Shown here: piece after piece, positions 25,941-35,855 of the stretch
How the letters are laid out: every line of letters begins with the position of its first letter
How positions within the stretch are numbered: the stretch's first letter is position 1
Notes under the pieces: generated by a model
Seen by the model: only the letters and a program-made list of their open reading frames with translations
The model's database searches: none
What the model was told of the DNA's origin: nothing
Translations under genes and position numbers: made by a program
Source of the DNA: Candidatus Poribacteria bacterium
GTDB lineage: Bacteria > Poribacteria > WGA-4E > WGA-3G
Assembly (NCBI GenBank): GCA_965215265.1
Contig: OZ244048.1
Span: forward strand, 1,472,001 to 1,536,000
DNA length: 64,000 nucleotides
Direction of reading: 5' to 3'

Positions 25941-27335
25941 TTAGACCAAGTCTCGCATTGCCCGTTCTCGCCGGTCAGCGATTTGGCGTTCTCGTTCTTC
26001 GTCGGAGAGTTGTCCGGGCGGTTCTTGGGTAATTGCGCGGTATTCGGCGACTTCACTTCTTCGCTTAAAGACACGGAAGAAGTCGAAACGGGTTAAGGTT
26101 GCGGGTATATTTCCTGGGCACAATGCGTGCAAACCGACAGAGACACGGTGTCCCATTCCGACATTGGTCTGCCCGCAGCTTCTCCACTGAATTCCGTCTC
26201 CGCTTGCAAAAGAAGAGAACTGATTGCCCCTGCGCTCGATTCGTAGGAAGAGTTCGCGTGCGTTGCGGAGTCCGCCGCCGCGTCCGCGGAGATGGAAGGC
26301 ACGGTTGACGTGACGTTCAAAACGGACATCGCCGCGGAATGCGTGGGGTCCGGAGGTTTTTTCTAAGCGTAGGAATCGGTTTGGGTTTTTCCAAACAAGC
26401 AATCCTCCGTGTTCGCGTTGTTGGGATGTGATGCGCATGCGGGTTTCAATAGCGAAGTCGCCTTCAATGTCCATGAGGAGCCGTGGTGCGCTCATATCGC
26501 CGCCTCTGCCGTTGGGTCCGTGCCAGAGATCTTGCCCGGGCTCTGTGCGCATTTCTAAGTAGCCTTGCCGTTCAGCCCATGCCCCGCCGCCCTTCGGATC
26601 TTCCCAACGCCACTGTGGGTTCATCCGATTGCCGATAAATTCATCTTCAAAAACCATCTCTGTAAATTCACCAGAGGATGCCCATCCTTCAATTTTAATG
26701 GCAGAGATCGAGTCCCCAAAATTCTGAGGGAGTAGATGGAGGTTTGGCAATTCCTTTTTGTATTCGGATGGTTCCATGCGTACGTGTAGGCTCGCGCCTT
26801 CAAAATCGGGATGCTCATAGAAGACGACCTCGGCACCGTCACGTGGAAAGTCGGGACCCTTAAAGATGCGAATGGACGAAATCCTATCTTCAAACCATGT
26901 GCGTCCCTGCGCATCTCGCAAGTTGGCAATATCACGCAGGATGGTGATTTTTTGCCCACGAAATTCTACATGCTGGTAACAGTCAACAATAAGCGGTATA
27001 GTGCCCCATTCTGGTCCGACTACCTCTAGTGTGGAGCCGAAGCTAATGGATGAGATCCTATCAGCGAAATTGTAGGAGGTGTCATGCAAGTTAGGGTAAA
27101 ATCCGGGTCCAAGGGCTAGTTTTTTTCCTTTGAAGTCGCGGTGTTGATGAAGGATAACTTTGTAGTTGGGGTTTGATGAGAAGTTGGGCCCTTTGTAAAT
27201 GCGAAGCGAGGATATATTATCTTGGAACCCAATTGTACCTGTAAACGGAACAGGTTCGATCACATAACCCATTCTACCGCGGAAGTTTGTATGTTGAAAG
27301 ACTTCAACGACAAGACGGGGGATGACGATTGGCAT
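25941..27335 (-). CDS. Beta/gamma-crystallin repeats fused to a concanavalin-like (DUF1349/GH43 C-terminal-like) domain
   Basis: Four (F/Y)xHxxFxG...D.ISS-type Greek-key motifs; C-terminal QDLW...APRLL...LRIERRGNQF...SGDGIQW. Confidence 0.75.
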   Translation of the reverse strand: MPIVIPRLVVEVFQHTNFRGRMGYVIEPVPFTGTIGFQDNISSLRIYKGPNFSSNPNYKVILHQHRDFKGKKLALGPGFYPNLHDTSYNFADRISSISFGSTLEVVGPEWGTIPLIVDCYQHVEFRGQKITILRDIANLRDAQGRTWFEDRISSIRIFKGPDFPRDGAEVVFYEHPDFEGASLHVRMEPSEYKKELPNLHLLPQNFGDSISAIKIEGWASSGEFTEMVFEDEFIGNRMNPQWRWEDPKGGGAWAERQGYLEMRTEPGQDLWHGPNGRGGDMSAPRLLMDIEGDFAIETRMRITSQQREHGGLLVWKNPNRFLRLEKTSGPHAFRGDVRFERHVNRAFHLRGRGGGLRNARELFLRIERRGNQFSSFASGDGIQWRSCGQTNVGMGHRVSVGLHALCPGNIPATLTRFDFFRVFKRRSEVAEYRAITQEPPGQLSDEERERQIADRRERAMRDLV

Positions 27336-27420
27336 TGTTTTCTCCTTGTTCTTCAAGTCTATTTAGTTAGCGTAAAAAGAGAACTGTGCTTTTTTGTTAA
27401 TTTCATTGTGTATTTTCTGA

Positions 27421-28548
27421 CTATTCGTCAGAGAGACTCGCTTCATAGATTTGGGCGTAGCCACTCCGGTCTGAAGTGAAGACAACATGCTTACCGTCTG
27501 GGCTAAAAGAGGGATGCGGGTGCGTATGTTGTGGTGCGTATACTTTAATGGGCCCGTCTGCGTAAGGAAAGGGGCCATTCCAATGTTCGCCAATGGAGGA
27601 GGCATCCGGGTAACACAACGTGTGCGGTTTACCGACACTATCAAGCGGATTGAAGGTTTGAATGCCGATGTCAGGAAAGTTGGTATCTGCTACCATTAAG
27701 GTGCCTTGAGGGTTACAGATAGCGTGCCAGGCGTTGAAGGTGGTAACCTGTCGGACGGTGCCGGTGTCAGCATTGACAGAGCGTACGCCGCGTGGCCAAT
27801 CGACAAAAGCAAGTTCGCGTGTGCCTGGAATCCAAGTTTCGTGGGTGATCCACTCATTTTTTTTCGGATTGCGTTTGTACAGGCGACGGTTCCCGCTGCC
27901 ATCACGGTGGATAACCCAGACCCGGTCGGTGAGGGGTCCTGCGTAGTATAGCAGATTCGCGTCATCGGGGCAGAATTGGAGATGTGCGATGCTGTCTCGC
28001 CGGAGGATGATTTCGTAGTCTCCTGTATCGGTGTTAACAATAGCGAGTGCGGCTTCGTTGCCAATGTTGAAACGGATAGCCCACCACTTATCATCGTGAC
28101 TCAGCGCAGTGGTGCCCATGGCTGCGGCAACCATGCCGTCTTTCTGATTTTTTGTTTGGTATTCGCTTCCGTTTGCTTTTCCGTGCTTAGCGAAGTTAAC
28201 CAATTCCCGTTCTTCTAAGTTATCCAAATCTAACCGCCATGCAGTGGTCTGGGCGGTGAAGAAGACAGCGGTGCCATCGTGTGAGGGATGCACAGACCAT
28301 TCGCTTAGGTCTGTGCGGTCGGTGAGTTGGTGGAGTGTGCCGCTGTCTCGTTCTTCGGCGAAGAGCTGGGGTGTGCCTGTACGATGTGAGACAAAAAAGA
28401 GACGTTGCATCTGGTCATCATATGCGGGTATGATAAAAAAGGGATGGTGATGCAGCGCGGAGGCAGTAGTCACCTGCCGGATGCGTGTGCCGGTGCGTGT
28501 ATCGTGAAACGTTCTGGATTCGGCTGGGTAAATAGTGCCTTTAGCCAT
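27421..28548 (-). CDS. Oligogalacturonate lyase family beta-propeller
   Basis: DTRTGTRIRQVT, AHLQFCP, THETW, THPHPSFSPDG. Confidence 0.8.
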   Translation of the reverse strand: MAKGTIYPAESRTFHDTRTGTRIRQVTTASALHHHPFFIIPAYDDQMQRLFFVSHRTGTPQLFAEERDSGTLHQLTDRTDLSEWSVHPSHDGTAVFFTAQTTAWRLDLDNLEERELVNFAKHGKANGSEYQTKNQKDGMVAAAMGTTALSHDDKWWAIRFNIGNEAALAIVNTDTGDYEIILRRDSIAHLQFCPDDANLLYYAGPLTDRVWVIHRDGSGNRRLYKRNPKKNEWITHETWIPGTRELAFVDWPRGVRSVNADTGTVRQVTTFNAWHAICNPQGTLMVADTNFPDIGIQTFNPLDSVGKPHTLCYPDASSIGEHWNGPFPYADGPIKVYAPQHTHPHPSFSPDGKHVVFTSDRSGYAQIYEASLSDE

Positions 28549-28604
28549 AAGATTTTTTTGACGGGCGTGGTGTCGACCGCGCCCGTCGGGTAGAAAAGTT
28601 AGAG

Positions 28605-29603
28605 TTATTCCTCAAAAGCGGCATCAAAAGCTACTGTGGAGGGTTCAAAATCGTAGCCTTTAACAGCGGTGCATGATTCGCGAGCGCCGTGTTCCCTGTC
28701 CATGCCGCTGTCTTCCCATTCAATAGAGAGGGGTCCGTCGTATTGCATGTGGTTCAAGGCTCGTATGATTTCTTCGAAGTTAATTTTTCCGCGTCCAATG
28801 GAGCGGAAGTCCCAGTATCGGCGTGCGTCTCCGAAGTTTAAATGCCCGCCGAAGACCCCTGCGCTGCGTGGCGTATCGGCCCACCAGACATCTTTCATGT
28901 GGACGTGGTAGATGCGGTCGCTGAGTCGTTCAAGGAAGGCGACGTAATCCACGCCTTGGTATCCGAGGTGGCTTGGGTCGTAATTGAACCCGAAGGTTTC
29001 CCTATCGTTGAGTGCTTCAATTGCGCGTTCGGCTGTGACAATGTCGAAGGCTATTTCGGTTGGGTGTACCTCTAATCCGAACCTGACTCCGACTTCATCG
29101 AATACATCAAATATGGGGTTCCATCGGTTGGCGAAATCTTCAAAACCGGCATCAATTTGTGCGGGTTCATTGGGTGGGAACGAGTAGAGCAGGTGCCAGA
29201 TAGAGCTGCCGGTGAACCCGTTGACGACGTTGACACCGAGTTTTGCGGCGGCGCGTGCGGTGTTTTTCATCTCTTCAGCGGCACGTTGTCGGACTCCTTC
29301 AGGTTCTCCATCTCCCCATAAGGCTTCGGATATAATGCCTTGGTGCCGGCTGTCGATATTATCGCAGACGGCTTGTCCGGCGAGGTGATTGCTAATTGCC
29401 CAGACTTTGAGTCCGTATTTTGCGAGCAATTCGTGTCGGCCTTTGCAATAATTATCGTCAGCGAGTGCCTTGTCTACTTCAAAATGGTCGCCCCAACATG
29501 CGAGTTCTAAGCCGTCGTATCCCCATTCGCTGGCTTTCAGGGCTAATTCTTCAAGTGTTAAATCTGCCCATTGCCCGGTAAACAGTGTGACAGGTCTTGC
29601 CAT
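28605..29603 (-). CDS. Sugar phosphate isomerase/epimerase (xylose isomerase-like TIM barrel)
   Basis: [35 protein letters not shown]. Confidence 0.9.
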   Translation of the reverse strand: MARPVTLFTGQWADLTLEELALKASEWGYDGLELACWGDHFEVDKALADDNYCKGRHELLAKYGLKVWAISNHLAGQAVCDNIDSRHQGIISEALWGDGEPEGVRQRAAEEMKNTARAAAKLGVNVVNGFTGSSIWHLLYSFPPNEPAQIDAGFEDFANRWNPIFDVFDEVGVRFGLEVHPTEIAFDIVTAERAIEALNDRETFGFNYDPSHLGYQGVDYVAFLERLSDRIYHVHMKDVWWADTPRSAGVFGGHLNFGDARRYWDFRSIGRGKINFEEIIRALNHMQYDGPLSIEWEDSGMDREHGARESCTAVKGYDFEPSTVAFDAAFEE

Positions 29604-29653
29604 CTTACTCCTCCTAAAAGTATGGTATTATAGATTATGTTGCGAGATAGGTA

Positions 29654-29751
29654 TGGCAGGATAGGTATTCTTTATCTCTCCTTTCAGGAAAGATAAGATT
29701 ACCTTTTACCTGCCACCCATTGGGATTACCTTTTACTCGCCACCCACTGGG
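29654..29751 (-). repeat. Family B element with duplicated 27-nt head, overlapping the upstream gene stop
   Basis: Minus strand CCAGTGGGTGGCGAGTAAAAGGTAATC-CCAATGGGTGGCAGGTAAAAGGTAATC-TTATCT...AAGAATACCTATCCTGCCA. Confidence 0.88.
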
Positions 29752-30919
29752 CGGGCGGTGTGTACCGTGCGTCTACCCATCGGCGTTTCAGTCCACTTTC
29801 GACCGCTGTGTTGATGAAATGCACGCCGCGTGTGCCGTCTTGGACGGTGGGGAAGTCGGTATCAAATTCGCCCGGTGCTTCGCCAGCGATTTTTGCGGCC
29901 ATGGTGCGCGTAGCGTTGACGTAGATATTGGCGAAGGCTTCAATAAACGCCTCTGGATGCCCGAACGGAATGCGAGAATTGTGCTGTACGATTTCTGCGA
30001 GGTAGTCGTTTCCGCGTTTGTAGACGTGCTCGGGTCCATCGGGAAATCGGACATAGAGATAGTTTGGATTTTCTTGTTGCCATTCGAGTGATGCATCTGT
30101 GCCGTAGACGCGGATGCGGAGGTTGTTTTCTTCTCCCACAGAGATTTGGGAGGCGAAGAGTACGCCGCGAACGCCGTTTTCATAATGCACCAAGAGGTTC
30201 CCATCGTCTTCTAGGAGGCGTCCTTCCACAAAGGTTGTCATGTCGGCACAGACTTCTTCCATTTCAAGTCCGGTGATGTAGTGTGCTAAGTTTTCTGCGT
30301 GAGACCCGATATCCCCGATACATGATGAGGCACCTGCTTGCTCAGGATTAGTGCGCCAGACAGCTTGCTTTGCTCCTTCGTTTTCCAAAAAGGTGGCGAG
30401 CCAGCCTTGCGGGTATTCGACGACGATTTTGCGGAGAGTCCCGAGTTGCCCGTCTTGGATGAGTGCACGTGCTTGTTTAACCATCGGGTAACCGGTATAG
30501 TTATGCGTCAGCGCGAAGATTATATCGTGTTCGTTGACAAGGCGGCAGAGTTCCTCAGCATCGGCTACCGTTGTTGTCATCGGTTTATCGCAGACGACGT
30601 GAAAGCCTGCTTCGATGAAGGTTTTGGCGACATCAAAATGTACGTGATTTGGTGTGACAATGGAGACAAAGTCGATGCGTTCGCCTTCTGGGAGTTGGTT
30701 CTCTTTTTCCGCCATCTCCTTGTAAGAGCCGTAGACACGGTTTGCATCGAGGAAGAGTTCCGCGCCTTGCTGGCGAGATTTTTCAGGCGAGGATGAAAAC
30801 GCGCCGGCGACCAGGTCGATTTCCCCATCGAGTGCAGCGGCTTTCCGATGAACGGCACCGATAAAGGCATCCGGACCGCCGCCCACCATCCCGTAACGGA
30901 TTTTTCTACCAAGTGGCAT
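29726..30919 (-). CDS. Gfo/Idh/MocA oxidoreductase
   Basis: GMVGGGPDAFIGAVHR, CDKPM, GDIGSHA, GHPEAFIEAFANIY. Confidence 0.93.
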   Translation of the reverse strand: MPLGRKIRYGMVGGGPDAFIGAVHRKAAALDGEIDLVAGAFSSSPEKSRQQGAELFLDANRVYGSYKEMAEKENQLPEGERIDFVSIVTPNHVHFDVAKTFIEAGFHVVCDKPMTTTVADAEELCRLVNEHDIIFALTHNYTGYPMVKQARALIQDGQLGTLRKIVVEYPQGWLATFLENEGAKQAVWRTNPEQAGASSCIGDIGSHAENLAHYITGLEMEEVCADMTTFVEGRLLEDDGNLLVHYENGVRGVLFASQISVGEENNLRIRVYGTDASLEWQQENPNYLYVRFPDGPEHVYKRGNDYLAEIVQHNSRIPFGHPEAFIEAFANIYVNATRTMAAKIAGEAPGEFDTDFPTVQDGTRGVHFINTAVESGLKRRWVDARYTPPAQWVASKR

Positions 30920-31112
30920 ATTGTTTATGTGCTCCTTTTTTGTGGTGTTTTTCGGATATACCGGGCGTTATCTCCGGTTATATGCATTATCTCATGTTTA
31001 ATGAAATTTTTCAAGTCTTTTTTGCATGAAGGAGCCGGTCATTTCGTTTTTACGGAGTGTCCTTATAAAGAGGATGTGGGAGATTGGTTTTTCCTCCATT
31101 GGACGGATGTCT

Positions 31113-32030
31113 TTATAGAACGCTCTCACTAAGTCTTAATTGTGTGTGCTTTTCTTCATCCGGGGTGCAGGACATAGCAGCTTCAGGAAATGGCGTAAAA
31201 TTGGTGACAAGTGCCTCTAACATCGGTTTTCTATTAGATTCTTTCGCGCCGACATGATAAAAATGTTCCTGAGTTATGATATGAAATCCTGACCAGAGCC
31301 TCGGAATGGCTCGGTTTTCCCGGTGTTGGTTGCTGTACCACGTGGATAAAACGAACTGTGCTTTTGTGGTTTTCAGTGCTTTATAGAGTTGTGTTTCGTC
31401 CGCTTCACTCCAAATGTTGAAATAGTCAGTATGTCGTCCGGCATAAGGCGGATCACAGTAAATCAAGTCTGCTGCTGTTGCACACGCCAAGGTTGTCCGG
31501 AAATCCTGCTGTACAAATGTCCAGTCGCTAAGGCTGGCAAGTTCAGAAACCGATTTAACTTGATTCACGATTTTGGTAACATAGGCCTTAGAAAACCGCT
31601 GTGGTTTGTGTCCGAAGGGGACATTAAAGTCACCTTTTCTGTTAAAACGAATGATGCCGTTGAAGCAGGCACGGTTTAAAAAAAGGAAATCCAGAGGAGC
31701 TTTGTGCGTGTTAAACCGTTGTCGGACTTCATAATAGAAATCCGCTCCGTGTTTGGCTAATTTGTTTCCCTCAGATTCAAGGAATTCGCGCACAAGAATT
31801 GGATTAATTGTACCGTTGTTTATCGCTTGATAGAAGGAAATAAGGTGTGGATTTGTGTCGGAGAATAGTGCTTGTGCTGGTTTTAAGTTAAACCCGACAA
31901 CCCCGGAGCCCATAAAAGGTTCAATCCAGATGCCTTTTCGATTCCACTGAATTGTCTTTGCTATCCAAGGCACCAGTTTGGTTTTGATACCTTGACATTT
32001 TATAGGAGGAATAAGGATTTTCATTGTCAT
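31113..32030 (-). CDS. Dam-family (alpha class) adenine DNA methyltransferase, M.EcoRV-like
   Basis: PPIKCQGIKTKLVPWI, EPFMGSG, FNGIIRFNRKGDFNVPFG, YCDPPY. Confidence 0.9.
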   Translation of the reverse strand: MTMKILIPPIKCQGIKTKLVPWIAKTIQWNRKGIWIEPFMGSGVVGFNLKPAQALFSDTNPHLISFYQAINNGTINPILVREFLESEGNKLAKHGADFYYEVRQRFNTHKAPLDFLFLNRACFNGIIRFNRKGDFNVPFGHKPQRFSKAYVTKIVNQVKSVSELASLSDWTFVQQDFRTTLACATAADLIYCDPPYAGRHTDYFNIWSEADETQLYKALKTTKAQFVLSTWYSNQHRENRAIPRLWSGFHIITQEHFYHVGAKESNRKPMLEALVTNFTPFPEAAMSCTPDEEKHTQLRLSESVL

Positions 32031-32219
32031 TTTACTGCTTACCGGAGAGAATGTGGGCTATCCGATTGATGCTGCCTATATAGGCAGTATTGCTGCTTAC
32101 TCTTTTGTCAATTGAGTGTGAGTGATTTGACTAATTGACACAATCTCGCCTCTTCTAATAGCTCCTATAACTGCCGTTAGCATGCCGGATAATGAGGTCC
32201 TCCTTTTGTATTGGAAAGT

Positions 32220-32252
32220 AGCCCTAGGGGGGTAAATCCTCACCCTAGGGCT
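32220..32252. terminator. Stem-loop downstream of the secreted-protein pair
   Basis: AGCCCTAGGG...CCCTAGGGCT. Confidence 0.6.
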
Positions 32253-32316
32253 TTCAACTTTGTGTTTTGCATTCAGTTAGTATGAGGCCGGTTTGTGGGA
32301 AAAATAGGATGCGGGT

Positions 32317-32922
32317 TTATTGTTTCCCTTTCAAAGCGCCCCATGTCGTTGTAACTTTGCCGCTGGGTTCCACATCGGTTGTAGGCAGTTCCCCGACGGT
32401 TTTTCTGAAGTATACATCATCTTCAACGTCGTTGGGGCCGGCCCAAACCCAATATGCTGTTGAGTCCGGGTCTTTGAGGGTTTCGCGCATAGTGTCTGCG
32501 CCGAATCCCCAGATGCCTTCGCCGAATTGATCGAGTTGTGTGGCGTTATCCCAGCTGCTATCATCGAAATCGGATTGTTCCCAGCCATCGTTTCGTTCAG
32601 CGATGGGTGGACCGGCATCGGCCTTCCATGTTTCATCGGAGGGTATGTAGGTGCCGTCATCCAGTATGACATCAAATAGAGCACCTCCCCTTCCAGCTGC
32701 GCCGGGTTCTGCGTCGTGGACATAGACAGCAATCGTGGCGTAGCCGTCGGGCATATCGAATTCCGTAATGGAAGCTTCCTGCCAATTATCGCCTTCTGCG
32801 ACTTTTTCGCCGTTGACGAAGCCTACCCAAGAATTATCTCCATTGATGCGGAGTGTTGCTGCCCATAGATTAAAATTAGCAATTGCTAACACTAAAATTG
32901 TAGAGATCAAGCCTTTTTTCAT
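32317..32922 (-). CDS. Secreted beta-sandwich/lectin-like protein, paralogue A
   Basis: Signal peptide; GDNSW..FVNG, W...DFDDS.W; C-terminal VEPSGKVTTTWGALK. Confidence 0.75.
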   Translation of the reverse strand: MKKGLISTILVLAIANFNLWAATLRINGDNSWVGFVNGEKVAEGDNWQEASITEFDMPDGYATIAVYVHDAEPGAAGRGGALFDVILDDGTYIPSDETWKADAGPPIAERNDGWEQSDFDDSSWDNATQLDQFGEGIWGFGADTMRETLKDPDSTAYWVWAGPNDVEDDVYFRKTVGELPTTDVEPSGKVTTTWGALKGKQ

Positions 32923-32971
32923 GATAAACAAATCTCCTTATTGTGAGTTGTGGCAGTTTGATTGTGTAAAT

Positions 32972-33607
32972 CTACTGCGTCTCGTTTTTAATTCTCGCCC
33001 AGGTTGTAGCGAGTTTATCTTGCGGTTCAACTGGTAGGGTGCCGATGGCATAACGGAAATAGACATCGTCTTCTCCATCATTGGGTCCGCACCAAACCCA
33101 GTTTGCTTCACAATCCGGGTCTTTGAGAATTTGTTGCATCTGTGCGGCCCCGAATCCCCAGATTCCCTGTCCAAATTTCTCATAAATTTCGAGTTGATCT
33201 TCCCATTTGCTGTCATCAAAATCAACTTCTTCCCATCCGTCTTCCCTATCTGCGATAGGTTTTCCTGCATCGCAACGCCATCCTTCTTCACCCGTGCCGA
33301 TGTAGTCCGGGTCGTCATCAAGTATGATATCAGCAAGGAAGCCGCCTCTGCCGGCTGCACCGGGTTCTGCGTCATGGACGTAGATAGCAATCATTGCAAA
33401 ACCTTTGTCCAATTTGAATTCGCTAACGGTGGGTTGCTGCCAGTTTCCGTTTGCAGCGACTTCTTCGCCGTTGACAAACGCTACCCAGCTGTTATCACCG
33501 CTGATGCGTAAAGTGCCATTTTTAGGTTCGGCGTTGGCTGTCTGCGGCAGGAGTGTACTGGCTAACAAGAGCAGAATTGTAGAGTAGAGCATTAATCGGT
33601 TGTACAT
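32972..33607 (-). CDS. Secreted beta-sandwich/lectin-like protein, paralogue B
   Basis: Clearly alignable to 32317-32922 (YVHDAEPGAAGRGG, GIWGFGA, DDVYFR); C-terminal VEPQDKLATTWARIK. Confidence 0.75.
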   Translation of the reverse strand: MYNRLMLYSTILLLLASTLLPQTANAEPKNGTLRISGDNSWVAFVNGEEVAANGNWQQPTVSEFKLDKGFAMIAIYVHDAEPGAAGRGGFLADIILDDDPDYIGTGEEGWRCDAGKPIADREDGWEEVDFDDSKWEDQLEIYEKFGQGIWGFGAAQMQQILKDPDCEANWVWCGPNDGEDDVYFRYAIGTLPVEPQDKLATTWARIKNETQ

Positions 33608-33640
33608 AAAAACCTCCATTTTGGTATTGTTTCTTACGGA

Positions 33641-34915
33641 CTACGCTCGGCCTTCAAATTCGTTGTAGAGAGAGAGCAAACCCTCTGCAGTATTCTCATT
33701 GAAGGGGCAGCGCGCGTAAGGTTGATAAGGTTGAAATTGTGTTTTAAAATAGGAGACGATGTTATGCGGTTTGAGTTCGACCTCATCAGTGTCAAGTGCT
33801 TCGCGTAAGGCACAATAGGGTGGCCAGTTGCGGAGTTGTTGATAAAAGATGAGTTCGGCGTGTGAACCGGCTGTAACGTAAATTTCGCCGAGGGCTGTGA
33901 GCGCATAAGTGACGCGCCTGCCGACAGGCTGTTTTTCGACAAATCCCAAGATGGTTAAGTTATCTAACGCTTTGCGTACACCAGTATCTCCGGTTTTGCA
34001 GTTGCGTTCTTCTAACCATCGTCGGAGGATGCGTCGTGTTCGGTTTGGGCATGCGTGGACTGCTTCGGCTGCTAGTTTCATCGCACTATAGACACGGGCA
34101 GAGTAGTTTAAGAGCGAATCTTCCAGCTGCCATGCCTCCCATAGACTCAGTTTTGATTTTCTATCGGGAATGTAGTCTACCGTGTGTGTCTCTTGCAAGT
34201 ATTGAAAATGCCCAGTACCGAATTGGGTTTGTGCGATATGGAGGAGCGGCAATCGCCGTATCCACTTCTCAAGTTCATCTGGAAAGCTGATAAATTCAGG
34301 GAATGTCTGAATCGGTTTGAACTGTGCCGGTAATTTGAGATGGAGTTGACTTCCGGTGTAGCTAACAATAGTGTCATCTTCAATTTCAAATGCCTCCAAC
34401 AAGACAGATGCTTTTCCGGCAGCAATTCGCGATAAAACATGTGGACGCAACTCCGCCCAATCGATGAGTAAAATCTCGTGTTCTCTTTCGTGTCGTTGCC
34501 ACTGTCGGACGGTTTGATCAAATCCGTTGAGTGAAACACAGACAATCCCTTTACATTCTAAGTCACGGGCCGCTTGCAATCGGCGTTTGATGTGCAAATC
34601 TCGAACGGATGCTGGCCGTTTCTCAAAGAATTTGGCTTCCAAGAGATAGCGGTTAGTGCCGTCCCACAAGATTCCGTCGCACTGATAGAGGGTACCTGAA
34701 TTTCCGTAAATGCAGCTGGACCACTCTTGTACTTCTAAGTTTCGGACAGAGTTGTAGTAGCTGAGAATGAGGTGCTCGAAGGCGTTTCCGCGTTTTGAGG
34801 GTGATGCGGGCAGTGCGATTTTCGGTGCGCTCTCACCTTTTAGAACAAACGGGTGCTCGCCTTCTTTCAGTATGTTAAAAGCTGTGGGTTGTGCGTGTAT
34901 ATATGCCCATTTCAT
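33641..34915 (-). CDS. Mrr-like PD-(D/E)XK nuclease with C-terminal winged-helix region
   Basis: GNAFEHL...QCDGIL...LLEAKF...VSLNGF; C-terminal VRKALDNLTILGFVE...YALTALG. Confidence 0.6.
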   Translation of the reverse strand: MKWAYIHAQPTAFNILKEGEHPFVLKGESAPKIALPASPSKRGNAFEHLILSYYNSVRNLEVQEWSSCIYGNSGTLYQCDGILWDGTNRYLLEAKFFEKRPASVRDLHIKRRLQAARDLECKGIVCVSLNGFDQTVRQWQRHEREHEILLIDWAELRPHVLSRIAAGKASVLLEAFEIEDDTIVSYTGSQLHLKLPAQFKPIQTFPEFISFPDELEKWIRRLPLLHIAQTQFGTGHFQYLQETHTVDYIPDRKSKLSLWEAWQLEDSLLNYSARVYSAMKLAAEAVHACPNRTRRILRRWLEERNCKTGDTGVRKALDNLTILGFVEKQPVGRRVTYALTALGEIYVTAGSHAELIFYQQLRNWPPYCALREALDTDEVELKPHNIVSYFKTQFQPYQPYARCPFNENTAEGLLSLYNEFEGRA

Positions 34916-34932
34916 GATTTATGTCCGCTGGT

Positions 34933-35721
34933 TTAGTTTCCAGATTCAAACAGAGATGGAAAATGACGATACGGATCTGCTGGTTCGCGAAAGAGAATCT
35001 GCTGTCGCTGTGTGAGTTGAATGCCCTCTGGCGTTGCAACACGCCGTGATGTCCATGCAATATGTGAGATGCAGTATTTGTACAACAGTGACCGGCGTTG
35101 ATGCTTTCCATTCCATGCGGCTGTTCCGTGCGTGAGTGCTTCAGTAAACAGAATAACAGAGCCGGCGGGTGCCTCGGGACTAACCACACATTCTGCTTTT
35201 TCAGGGGCTTCTGCGAGCTCTGGTGGCAGTTTAAAATTGCTTTTGTGGCTGCCGGGTATGCAGCAAAACCCGCCGGATTCGGGTCCGGTGTCGGCGAGGT
35301 TCCATGTCACAACCACGAATCCGTCGTGAATCTCGTTATTCCGGAAAGAGTAGTATTCGCCGGATTTGACTTTAGCAGTTGGAGAGGTTGCCCCGTAGTC
35401 GGCGTGCAGGTGTCCCCTAGGCATCCCTTCTCGCATGTACATCCCGTAGATTCTGTCGAGTCGGAAGCAGTCTCCTAATCGGAATTGAAGTATGGGCATA
35501 ATCTTGGGATGATCGAGTAGGTCACAAAACGGTTTTCCCCATTGTAGAAATCCGGATCCGTCTGGGGCGCTGCCGAATCGTTGGACCTTTCCGGGCGTGG
35601 GCAGTTGTTGCTCGTCAATGTGGCGATTGAGTGCTGCGACCTCCTCTGGACTTAAGACATCTTTAATGACTAAGTATCCCTGCAAATCGAAGAGATATTC
35701 CTGCGTTAGTAGTGAACTCAT
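34933..35721 (-). CDS. Phytanoyl-CoA dioxygenase (PhyH) family
   Basis: FDLQGYLV, LHAD, IPGSHK, FTEALTHGT. Confidence 0.88.
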   Translation of the reverse strand: MSSLLTQEYLFDLQGYLVIKDVLSPEEVAALNRHIDEQQLPTPGKVQRFGSAPDGSGFLQWGKPFCDLLDHPKIMPILQFRLGDCFRLDRIYGMYMREGMPRGHLHADYGATSPTAKVKSGEYYSFRNNEIHDGFVVVTWNLADTGPESGGFCCIPGSHKSNFKLPPELAEAPEKAECVVSPEAPAGSVILFTEALTHGTAAWNGKHQRRSLLYKYCISHIAWTSRRVATPEGIQLTQRQQILFREPADPYRHFPSLFESGN

Positions 35722-35855
35722 GCGATGCTTCTCCTATTCTTCGCTGTTTCAAGTAATAGATTGCACAGTTGCTTATTGTAAAATAGTGTCCATCCATTTG
35801 CGTTAGAATTATATGGAAAACCGCTAAAAAACACAAATGATTTTTTAGCACTGCG

